Positions 39,301 to 46,425 of a stretch of 64,000 bases of DNA are shown here, in pieces. The notes below the pieces were generated by a model, which did not search any database, was not told the DNA's origin, and worked only from the letters and a program-made list of their open reading frames with translations. The position numbers and the translations under genes are program-made. Source of the stretch: Candidatus Acidiferrales bacterium (lineage in GTDB: Bacteria > Acidobacteriota > Terriglobia > Acidiferrales > UBA7541); assembly GCA_963738985.1 (NCBI GenBank), contig CAVTYP010000014.1:20907-84906 (forward strand), given 5' to 3'. The first letter of the stretch is position 1; each line of letters begins with the position of its first letter.

Positions 39301-40722
39301 CTACCGCAAAGCACCCGCTGGGACGGGCTGGCGTGGCTCTTCCATCGCCGAAGCATTCGCCTTGGATTGCGCGCGGAATTGCGCCAGTGCTTCGTTCAGT
39401 TGATCCGACAGCTTCACGAGCTGGCTGACGGTTGCCACTGTTCCGCGTGTTCCTTGGGAAGTCTGGCGAGTAATGTTGGAAATGATTTGCATCGCGTGCG
39501 CCACGCCTTCGGTACCGCGCACCTGCTGTTTGGAAGCCAATGAGATTTCTTGTACAAGTTCGGCGGACTGACGCACCACGCTGGAAATTGCGTCCAGCGC
39601 CCGGCCCGCTTGATCGGCCAGTGTTGCGCCTGATTCCACTTCCTTGGTGCCTTCTTCCATAACCACCACGGCTTCGTTCGTCTCGGCCTGAATCGCCTTA
39701 ATGAGTGCCGCGATATCTTTCGTCGCGCTGCGAGAGTGCTCGGCCAGTTTGCGGACTTCATCGGCAACGACCGCGAAGCCTCGACCTGCTTCTCCGGCGC
39801 GTGCCGCTTCGATGGCCGCGTTCAACGCCAGCAGGTTGGTCTGCTCCGTGATGTCGTTAATCACGTTGATGATTTCCGAAATTTCCAAGGAGCGGTCGCC
39901 CAGCGACTTGATCTTTTTGGCGGTTGCCTGCACGGACGAACGGATTCGTTGCATGCCTTCCAGCGTGTCGCGCACGGCGCGGTTGCCTTGTTCGGCGGCA
40001 TCCAGCGCGCGGCGAGCTGCTTCCGCGCTGGCTTCGGCGTTGTTGGACACCTGCTTCATCGATACGGTGAGCTCTTCCACCGCGCTCGAAGTGTTGGTGA
40101 TTTCCTGGTCCTGTTGTGTGGCGCCGGCCTGCATCTCGTCGGCTGCCACAAGAATGTTGTTGGAGCATGCGGTGACTTCCATCGCGGCTTTGCGGACGCG
40201 TTCGAGCACCTTGGTGAAATTGTCGAGCATGTAGTTGATGGAGTCGGACACGTTGCCGAGCGCGTCGTTCGTCACCTTGCCGCGGAGCGTCAAATCGCCG
40301 CGCGCCACCTGATTGATGACCGCCAGCAAGTCGGTGATGCTGCGCTGCAACGCGTCGCTGGCTTCCTGATTGCTCGAAGCCTTCGAAACCTTGGCCACCG
40401 CGCGGTTCAGATTTTCCGCGATGAAGCCGAACTCATCGTTGGAGTTGACCTCCGCACGCACCTTGGCGTCACCCGCGGCCAGCCGTTCGGAGAACGCTGC
40501 CAACTCATTCACCGGGCCTAGAAACGCCGCGCCTAGTCTCCATGCCAGCACGATGCTCATGCCCAGCGCGATGACACCGGCAAAGATGAGCCCGCTGCTT
40601 TCGAACATGGACGCGCCGTTCGATTGCCGCCCCGCGCTGAAGGCGAGGCCTAGCACAGCGAACAATGCCAGGCCATTGAAGATCGTCAGCATCCAGATGG
40701 TGCCACTGAGTCGCGATTTCAT
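39301..40722 (-). CDS. methyl-accepting chemotaxis protein with minimal periplasmic loop (2 TM - HAMP - signalling domain)
   Basis: [36 protein letters not shown] signalling hairpin. Only about 20 residues separate the two N-terminal hydrophobic segments. Confidence 0.9.
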   Translation of the reverse strand: MKSRLSGTIWMLTIFNGLALFAVLGLAFSAGRQSNGASMFESSGLIFAGVIALGMSIVLAWRLGAAFLGPVNELAAFSERLAAGDAKVRAEVNSNDEFGFIAENLNRAVAKVSKASSNQEASDALQRSITDLLAVINQVARGDLTLRGKVTNDALGNVSDSINYMLDNFTKVLERVRKAAMEVTACSNNILVAADEMQAGATQQDQEITNTSSAVEELTVSMKQVSNNAEASAEAARRALDAAEQGNRAVRDTLEGMQRIRSSVQATAKKIKSLGDRSLEISEIINVINDITEQTNLLALNAAIEAARAGEAGRGFAVVADEVRKLAEHSRSATKDIAALIKAIQAETNEAVVVMEEGTKEVESGATLADQAGRALDAISSVVRQSAELVQEISLASKQQVRGTEGVAHAMQIISNITRQTSQGTRGTVATVSQLVKLSDQLNEALAQFRAQSKANASAMEEPRQPVPAGALR

Positions 40723-40753
40723 TACCTTCCTCCCAAACTCTTCCCTGAACTCT

Positions 40754-41284
40754 TTAAATGCTCGGCCCCGGATACACTTCCAACAACCGGTGTAGATCGA
40801 TCACCAGCGCCAGGCGATCGTCGTGACGAAGCATGCCGATGCAGTGAGGCACGTTCTCCGGCGCCTGTTCCAGCAAATCTTCCGCGTCGTTCACCGAATA
40901 AGTCCCGACAACTTCGTCTGCCGCGATGCCAATCCTTAAATCCTCGTGATGACCGCCACCGCGTAGCGAGGCGACTACGACGTGCTTCGGCAGCAGTCCC
41001 GGCCGCCGTCCCTCCGTCATCGCGATATCGATCAACGGCACAATCGCGCCACGCAAATTGAAAATGCCCAGGACGTATGCTGGGGCGAGCGGCAACTTCG
41101 TCACCAGCGGCCACTCCAGAACTTCTTCGACGTCCAGCACCGGAAAACAGAATCGTTCACGCCCGCTGCGGAATACGCAGTACTGCGATTCCGGCGGACG
41201 CTCACCAAGCGATCCCAGCGACTCGAGCAAGTCGCCCATCTCCGCGTCGGCGGGAAGCGGTGCCAGATGGAAATCTTCATTCAT
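40754..41284 (-). CDS. cheW: CheW coupling protein
   Basis: [23 protein letters not shown]...[20 protein letters not shown] is the canonical CheW pattern. Confidence 0.85.
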   Translation of the reverse strand: MNEDFHLAPLPADAEMGDLLESLGSLGERPPESQYCVFRSGRERFCFPVLDVEEVLEWPLVTKLPLAPAYVLGIFNLRGAIVPLIDIAMTEGRRPGLLPKHVVVASLRGGGHHEDLRIGIAADEVVGTYSVNDAEDLLEQAPENVPHCIGMLRHDDRLALVIDLHRLLEVYPGPSI

Positions 41285-41302
41285 TCGCTAAGCCCTCGGC
41301 TC

Positions 41303-41665
41303 CTAAACAAAACGGCGAACTGCCCGCAGCAAATCTTCACGAGTGAAGGGCTTTGTGACGTAGCCATCCGCTCCCTGCTGCTCGCCCCAGTACTTGTCAC
41401 TCGGCGAATCTTTCGAGGTCACCAGGATCACGGGAATCGCATTGAACTCCGCGTTGCCCTTTAACTCGCGGCAAACCTGGAAGCCGTTACGCTCTGGCAT
41501 CACCACGTCCAGCAGAATTATGCTGGGCCGGTCGCTGGCCAGAAATTCTTCCACGCGTTTCGGGTCGTTCAGTCCGACCGGCGCGTAGCCCTCCGGCTCC
41601 AGAAGCCCCTGAATGAACTTCACTTGAGCCGGCGAATCATCGACAATGAGCACTTTTTTCTGCAC
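41303..41665 (-). CDS. cheY: CheY-like single-domain response regulator
   Basis: GTG start. KVLIVDDSPAQ ... IILLDVVMPERNGF ... ILVTSK ... YVTKPF. Confidence 0.85.
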   Translation of the reverse strand: MQKKVLIVDDSPAQVKFIQGLLEPEGYAPVGLNDPKRVEEFLASDRPSIILLDVVMPERNGFQVCRELKGNAEFNAIPVILVTSKDSPSDKYWGEQQGADGYVTKPFTREDLLRAVRRFV

Positions 41666-41702
41666 AAGCTTTCACTCCACATGGTTCTCCACAACGGAAA
41701 AA

Positions 41703-41718
41703 TGCACGTCAGCGGCCA
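41703..41718 (-). promoter_or_regulatory. candidate sigma-54 -24/-12 element upstream of cheY-cheW-mcp
   Basis: The minus strand reads TGGCCG-CTGAC-GTGCA. GG-N10-GC spacing is correct and 7 of 10 consensus positions of TGGCAC-N5-TTGC match. It lies about 38 nt upstream of the GTG start at 41665. Confidence 0.3.
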
Positions 41719-41798
41719 GCTTGGCGGTTCCGTGTTGAAAGTTGTCCAGTTTTGTTAACGCTATGAAAATGCGGGTGTTGCTCGCGTTCCGGCCGGCC

Positions 41799-42593
41799 CT
41801 ATCGGCGCGGAAACAGCGAAGCCGACGCTTCTTCCGTCTCAGCTTGAGAAGACGTCTCAGCCTCTCGCATCTCGCTGGCAAGCGATGAGAATCTTTGCAT
41901 GATTTCATTAATGCGCAGCGCCATGGTGTGAATGGTTTTCAGTTGCGCCAACGACTGTGCGGAAAGTTCTCCTGGTTCCAGCAGCAGCAATTCCGCATTA
42001 CCCAGCAGGGAAGTCAGCGCATTGTTCACACTGTGCTTCATATCCATCATGTAGCGCCCCAGCATGGCGTGGTTGGCATTTTGCGCCGCGCGTTGTTCGG
42101 CGTGTCTTGCCAGGCGTTGCGCTTCGGTGCGCCGAAGCGATTCGCCCGCCATCAGCAGGACCACCTGGGTCCAATCCTCGCGCAGCGGCACCTGCAACAA
42201 ACGCGGGTAGCGTTTGCGCAGCAGTCCGAATTCTTGCGGCTCGGCCGGCGCACAAAGAATCACGGCCGTGTTCGGCTCGATTCCGCGCAGCACATCGGTC
42301 AGCTTGGTTTCCTTCAGCGGCCCGACAACCAGTAAGTCGGCGCTCAGGGTCTCGCCATGCGCGCAAAAGTCGCCGGTCAAAACCGAAATCCCCGGCAGCT
42401 GACGTTCAGTCTGCCAGCAAGCTGTCAGCAAACGGGCGAATTCGCTGTCATCGGTCAGAATCAGTACGCTTGTATTTCGCAATGGAACCGGGCTCCCTGA
42501 CTGTTTTTCTTGCGCCTGCTCGCTGTGCAGCAGGGAATCAAAGTTTTTCGGCTTCGTCCAACGCGGACAGCAGGCGCTTGGTGCTGATGCCAA
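41799..42593 (-). CDS. degenerate receiver-like domain fused to an orphan HisKA/DHp domain (no ATPase domain)
   Basis: C-terminal H-box MMDMKHSVNNALTSLLGNAELLLL resembles the neighbouring kinase H-box VAHEVNNPLAAILGFTDLLL, and the protein ends about 70 aa later with no N/G boxes. The N-terminus (VLILTDDSEF...ADLLVVGP) is REC-like but lacks the conserved Lys context. An alternative TTG start at 42482 would remove the 56-nt overlap with the upstream gene. Confidence 0.55.
   Translation of the reverse strand: MASAPSACCPRWTKPKNFDSLLHSEQAQEKQSGSPVPLRNTSVLILTDDSEFARLLTACWQTERQLPGISVLTGDFCAHGETLSADLLVVGPLKETKLTDVLRGIEPNTAVILCAPAEPQEFGLLRKRYPRLLQVPLREDWTQVVLLMAGESLRRTEAQRLARHAEQRAAQNANHAMLGRYMMDMKHSVNNALTSLLGNAELLLLEPGELSAQSLAQLKTIHTMALRINEIMQRFSSLASEMREAETSSQAETEEASASLFPRR
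41834..41862. promoter_or_regulatory. GTCTCAG repeat cluster (candidate enhancer-binding sites)
   Basis: ccGTCTCAGcttgagaagacGTCTCAGcc. The two GTCTCAG copies are 18 bp apart, and the first forms TCTCA-gct-TGAGA inverted arms. The cluster lies 116-144 bp upstream of the 41703-41718 element, inside the 3' end of the preceding CDS. Confidence 0.35.
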
Positions 42594-44001
42594 GATTTAC
42601 CGCCGCCTCCGTGTCTTTTGCCTGCTTGGCAACTTCCACGCGTTCCTGCAAACGTGAAACTTCAACACGCGCGATCGTCAGCGCGCTCTCCAGTCCGTTG
42701 TTATCGCCGGATTGCTTGGCGTGTTCCAGCGCGGCTGTTACCAGCGCGCGCGCCACCACCGCGCGGCGCAAATCTTCGGCCGCCGGCCCGTCTTCGCTCA
42801 CGAATGCCGCCACTTCCCATGAGGACATCAGCAAGCGCGCCCCACCGAGGCGGACGGTGGTCATGGAGCGCCCGCGCGAGGGCGTCGCAGCAATCAACTG
42901 CTCCCAGATCTGCTCCATGCAGGTTTCAAAATCGAGCGGTGGAGTGTCGCCATCCTTTGCCGAAGACGGACCACTTCCTGCGCCTTCGCCCTTTTCCGTG
43001 CCCGCCGACGTGGTAGACGCAGCGGTTGCTGGAGATGGCGGCGCAACTTTGGGCGCTTCTACTGGCTTACCCAGTACTTTTTCCATGGTGCGTTCGACGT
43101 CTGCGCGCAACGACAGCAGCTTGTCAAAGGCCTGATTAACCGAGCGTTCCGTGTATTCCTTCTGGAACGGCTGCTTCCATTCGTCTGCCAGTTGCCGCAC
43201 TCTCGCGACAGGTTCCGCCGCGGTCAAGCCGAATGATTGGCAGTCCACCGTGCGCGTCCCTGCGGATTCCAAGTGCGTCAAGCCGGAACGAATGAAGATC
43301 AAATCGGCGTGCATCAATTCAATCAGCGTGCGCCGCAGCAAGAAGTTAAACCGCACAAAGGCCAACATCGCCGAAGGATCGTAGAACATTCCTCCCGCGC
43401 TCTCCTTCACCCTGCGCCCTTGATCGATAAAGTTGGTTTTCAGGATGTCGCGCAGGCTCTTGAAAGCGCGCAGCGACGCAATCATTTTCTCCAGCGGCTC
43501 GCACCAGGGTAGCGGGGCCGTGTCCACTTCTCCCAGCACCGGCTTCATCACGTGCGCCACGTCACCCAGTTCAATTTGCTTGTGATAGGTCTTTGCCGGA
43601 GCGCAAAGCGCGAAATACTGCACCAGCAAAAAGTCGATTTTGTCGCGGTCGGTAACGCTCTTGGAAGGTTTCTTCAAATGCCGCATGATCAACGCGCGCA
43701 ATCCGCTTTCGCTGGCGTTTAGCGTGGTCATCTGCAGCAGGTGGCGCAACTGGTGAACCAGCACGCGCTGATCCATGGAGTCCAGCCACGTGTGCACCTG
43801 GGTGAAGAGTTCAAGCTCCGCCTTTTCCGGCAGCACTCGTTTGTTCGGCGGAAAGGGAATCTCAATCTGCAGATGTTTGGCGAGCGCAAGATAGATGGGG
43901 AAAACCGAGCGATTTTCCACCCATTGCGCTTGCCGCGAGTTGTCCAGCTTCGGCGGTGCCGGTATATTCAGCGTTGTCATTTTGTTCACGGCTGCATCCA
44001 A
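42538..44001 (-). CDS. hypothetical 487-aa protein, predicted mostly helical, with a central Pro/Ala/Ser/Gly-rich linker
   Basis: Long ORF with coding-like composition, co-directional and overlapping its neighbours by 16 and 56 nt. I recognise no motif. Confidence 0.6.
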   Translation of the reverse strand: MDAAVNKMTTLNIPAPPKLDNSRQAQWVENRSVFPIYLALAKHLQIEIPFPPNKRVLPEKAELELFTQVHTWLDSMDQRVLVHQLRHLLQMTTLNASESGLRALIMRHLKKPSKSVTDRDKIDFLLVQYFALCAPAKTYHKQIELGDVAHVMKPVLGEVDTAPLPWCEPLEKMIASLRAFKSLRDILKTNFIDQGRRVKESAGGMFYDPSAMLAFVRFNFLLRRTLIELMHADLIFIRSGLTHLESAGTRTVDCQSFGLTAAEPVARVRQLADEWKQPFQKEYTERSVNQAFDKLLSLRADVERTMEKVLGKPVEAPKVAPPSPATAASTTSAGTEKGEGAGSGPSSAKDGDTPPLDFETCMEQIWEQLIAATPSRGRSMTTVRLGGARLLMSSWEVAAFVSEDGPAAEDLRRAVVARALVTAALEHAKQSGDNNGLESALTIARVEVSRLQERVEVAKQAKDTEAAVNLGISTKRLLSALDEAEKL

Positions 44002-44315
44002 TCGCAGGGGCCTTGCAGAAATCTGACGGCCACTGCCTTACGTCCTTCGTGATACTGCAGGGCGATCACCGCGGCTTCCGCCCCTCGTCCCTTGCCATCC
44101 CGAATCACACGTACGCGCTCATCGAACTCCATCGGCAGTGTCGACAGGAAAATGGCGTATTCCGACGCGCCAAATTCCACTACCGTCGACTCTTGCAATT
44201 TCGCCTGACCGGGCCGCAGCGATTGCACTCGCACGGGTATGCGCACAGCTGGGAGCGTTGGAAAGAATCGCGCAAGTTGTTCCGCACATCCCTGCTCATT
44301 CGCAAGTAATGCCAT
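43986..44315 (-). CDS. small PilZ-like beta-barrel protein (degenerate)
   Basis: RxxxR present (AVRIPVRVQ), followed by TVVEFGASEYAIFL where PilZ proteins have D/NxSxxG. The size (109 aa) fits a single PilZ domain. Confidence 0.35.
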   Translation of the reverse strand: MALLANEQGCAEQLARFFPTLPAVRIPVRVQSLRPGQAKLQESTVVEFGASEYAIFLSTLPMEFDERVRVIRDGKGRGAEAAVIALQYHEGRKAVAVRFLQGPCDWMQP

Positions 44316-44427
44316 CTTTCGCTTTACCCCGGCGCCAATGGTCTGTTCGAGCTACGAGCTTTAGCCGCAAGGAGTGTGGAAGCGCACACACGGCACGGCC
44401 AGGAACACAATGTCCCGAGGAGGGAAT

Positions 44428-44443
44428 TGCACGCAGAGCGCCA
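44428..44443 (-). promoter_or_regulatory. candidate sigma-54 -24/-12 element upstream of the PilZ-like/487-aa/DHp genes
   Basis: The minus strand reads TGGCGC-TCTGC-GTGCA. Spacing is correct and 8 of 10 consensus positions match. It lies about 113 nt upstream of the ATG at 44315. Confidence 0.3.
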
Positions 44444-44523
44444 CATGTCAGTATGAATCTTGAATTTGGAAGTAACGGAAATGAAGGGGCTTAGGAATTT
44501 CCCGTTTGGATTCGTTCGCCCAA

Positions 44524-44596
44524 TGTCTCAGGCTGAAACGCTACTGTCTCATTCCCACTTGCGACAATCGCGCTCTTTCCTTAGACACTTGAGACG
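44524..44596. promoter_or_regulatory. TGTCTCA / TGAGAC repeat cluster (candidate enhancer-binding sites)
   Basis: TGTCTCA at 44524-44530 (extended as GTCTCAGGCTGA) and again at 44545-44551, exactly 21 bp apart. An inverted TGAGACg sits at 44590-44596. The cluster lies 82-154 bp upstream of the 44428-44443 element. Confidence 0.35.
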
Positions 44597-44599
44597 GCC

Positions 44600-46027
44600 T
44601 CAGCGCCCAACTCCACGAGCTTGCTCTTCTTTTGCCGGACCTTCTGGCGTTTCGCCGCGCAGGGGAATGCTGTAGCGCTTCAGTTTTCGGTACAGCGTGG
44701 CGCGACTGATTCCCAACATTTTTCCAGCCAGGGCTTTGTCGCCATTGGCCTGTTCAAACACGCGCAGGATGGTCATTTTTTCCATTTCGGCTAGTGCCGT
44801 GGTGGAGAGGCTGGCGGCGTCTTGTGGTGTCATCGTCTGGCCTAAAGGCTGTTCGGCGCGGATAGATGGCGGCAGATCTTTCACGTCGATGATTTCCTGA
44901 TCGCCAAGCGTCACGCCTCGCGCAATACAGTTTTCCAGCTCGCGCACATTTCCTGGCCAGTCGTATTGCAGCAGGCTCTTCATGGCTGCCGCCGTCACTT
45001 GAAGGTGCGTGGCGGGTGCGTAGCGGTTCAGGAAGTGGTGCACCAGCATGGGAATGTCGGAGCGGCGTTCGCGCAGTGGGGGCAGATGAACGGTGACCAC
45101 GTTCAAGCGAAAATAGAGGTCCTTACGGAAGGTGCCTTCGCGATACGCGGACTCCAGGTCGCGGTTCGTTGCCGCAATCACTCGCACGTCCACGTTCACT
45201 TTATCGTTGCTGCCCACGGGTCGTACTTCCTTTTCCTGCAACACGCGCAGCAACTTGGTCTGCATTTCCAACGGCAATTCGCCAATCTCGTCCAGAAACA
45301 GCGTTCCGCCGTTCGCCGCCTGGAATAGGCCTGATTTCGAGCGAGTCGCGCCCGTAAATGCGCCCTTCTCGTAGCCAAACAATTCGCTCTCCATCAGCGT
45401 TGGCACCAGCGCTCCGCAATCGACGGCGACAAAGGGTTCTTGGGCCAGCGCACCCTTGAAATGGATTGCTCGCGCCACCAGTTCCTTGCCGGTGCCACTC
45501 TCTCCGGAGATCAGGACCGCAGTCCGCGTATCTTTCAGCCGCGAAATCATCCGCAGTACATCCTGCATCCCGGAAGAGGTTCCAATGATTCCGTCGAGGT
45601 TCTCTTCGGTGTTTACGCGCTCCCGCAGGAACGCATTCTCGTTCACCAGGCGCACCTTTTCCGCCATGCGCTGCAAAAGCAGGCGAAGTTTTTCCACACG
45701 AAATGGTTTTTCGATGTAGTCGTAAGCGCCCAGCTTCATTGCATCCACCGCAGACTCAATCGAGCCGTGGCCGGTCATTATGGCGATTTCCGTGCGCGGC
45801 AATATATTGCGGACCTGCTTCAGCAGTTCGACTCCCGACTGGTTGGGCAGTTTCAAGTCGGTCAGCACCAAGTCGGGCGGATCGGTTTCCAGTCGCGTAA
45901 CCGCGGATTCCGCGCTTTCGGCTTCGCTGCAGGTGAAGCCCAGGGAGGTGCCGATGGTCATGCAAAGTCGCCGGATGCTCTGCTCATCGTCCACTACCAG
46001 TAGTTTGGTTTTCAGATCTTCGCTCAT
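44600..46027 (-). CDS. NtrC-family sigma-54-dependent response regulator (REC - AAA+ - Fis-type HTH)
   Basis: Receiver LLVVDDEQS...LVLTDLKLPNQSG. Walker A GESGTGKE. Sigma-54 contact loop GAFTGA. C-terminal HTH LGISRATLYRKLKRY. Confidence 0.9.
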   Translation of the reverse strand: MSEDLKTKLLVVDDEQSIRRLCMTIGTSLGFTCSEAESAESAVTRLETDPPDLVLTDLKLPNQSGVELLKQVRNILPRTEIAIMTGHGSIESAVDAMKLGAYDYIEKPFRVEKLRLLLQRMAEKVRLVNENAFLRERVNTEENLDGIIGTSSGMQDVLRMISRLKDTRTAVLISGESGTGKELVARAIHFKGALAQEPFVAVDCGALVPTLMESELFGYEKGAFTGATRSKSGLFQAANGGTLFLDEIGELPLEMQTKLLRVLQEKEVRPVGSNDKVNVDVRVIAATNRDLESAYREGTFRKDLYFRLNVVTVHLPPLRERRSDIPMLVHHFLNRYAPATHLQVTAAAMKSLLQYDWPGNVRELENCIARGVTLGDQEIIDVKDLPPSIRAEQPLGQTMTPQDAASLSTTALAEMEKMTILRVFEQANGDKALAGKMLGISRATLYRKLKRYSIPLRGETPEGPAKEEQARGVGR

Positions 46028-46425
46028 GGTTTTCCGAATGTTGTCTCCACTATCGAAATCAGTTGTTGCACCCGAAAAGGCTTTTCAATGCAGGGTGTCG
46101 CGCTGTCTCGCAGCAACGTTTGCGTCTCACTGTTGGCGGTATCCCCGCTGATCAGAATGATTCGTCCACTCAGGTCCGGCCGGTTCTTCTTGATCCAGTG
46201 GTGCACGTCGGCGCCATTGATGCTGCCCGGCATTCGAATGTCGGAAATGACTCCTGCATAATCGCCGGCCGCGAGATGCTCCAACCCTTCCGCGCCCGAA
46301 GATGCTTGCACGACGGAATAGCCACGACGCTGCAACGCCGTGCGCACGAAGGCTCGCACCGAAGCTTCATCCTCAATTAACAGGATGGGCGAGATTGCCT
46401 TTGTCGCACTGCTGGACTCGCTCAT
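46024..46425 (-). CDS. single-domain response regulator
   Basis: ILLIEDEASV...GVISDIRMPGSINGAD...ILISGD...IEKPF. 4-nt overlaps with both neighbours. Confidence 0.85.
   Translation of the reverse strand: MSESSSATKAISPILLIEDEASVRAFVRTALQRRGYSVVQASSGAEGLEHLAAGDYAGVISDIRMPGSINGADVHHWIKKNRPDLSGRIILISGDTANSETQTLLRDSATPCIEKPFRVQQLISIVETTFGKP

Noticed and set aside
41957-43135. 392-aa ORF antisense to the 487-aa and DHp genes
   Set aside because: The translation is Ala/Arg/Ser/Pro-rich with no structure-like pattern. The opposite-strand genes fit the operon logic (overlaps, co-direction). I treat it as a shadow ORF, though the sense genes are themselves uncharacterised.
44301-44314. ATGGCATTACTTGC read on the minus strand as a possible sigma-54 element
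   Set aside because: The GG-to-GC spacing is two nt too short, and the sequence includes the start codon of the gene it would have to drive.
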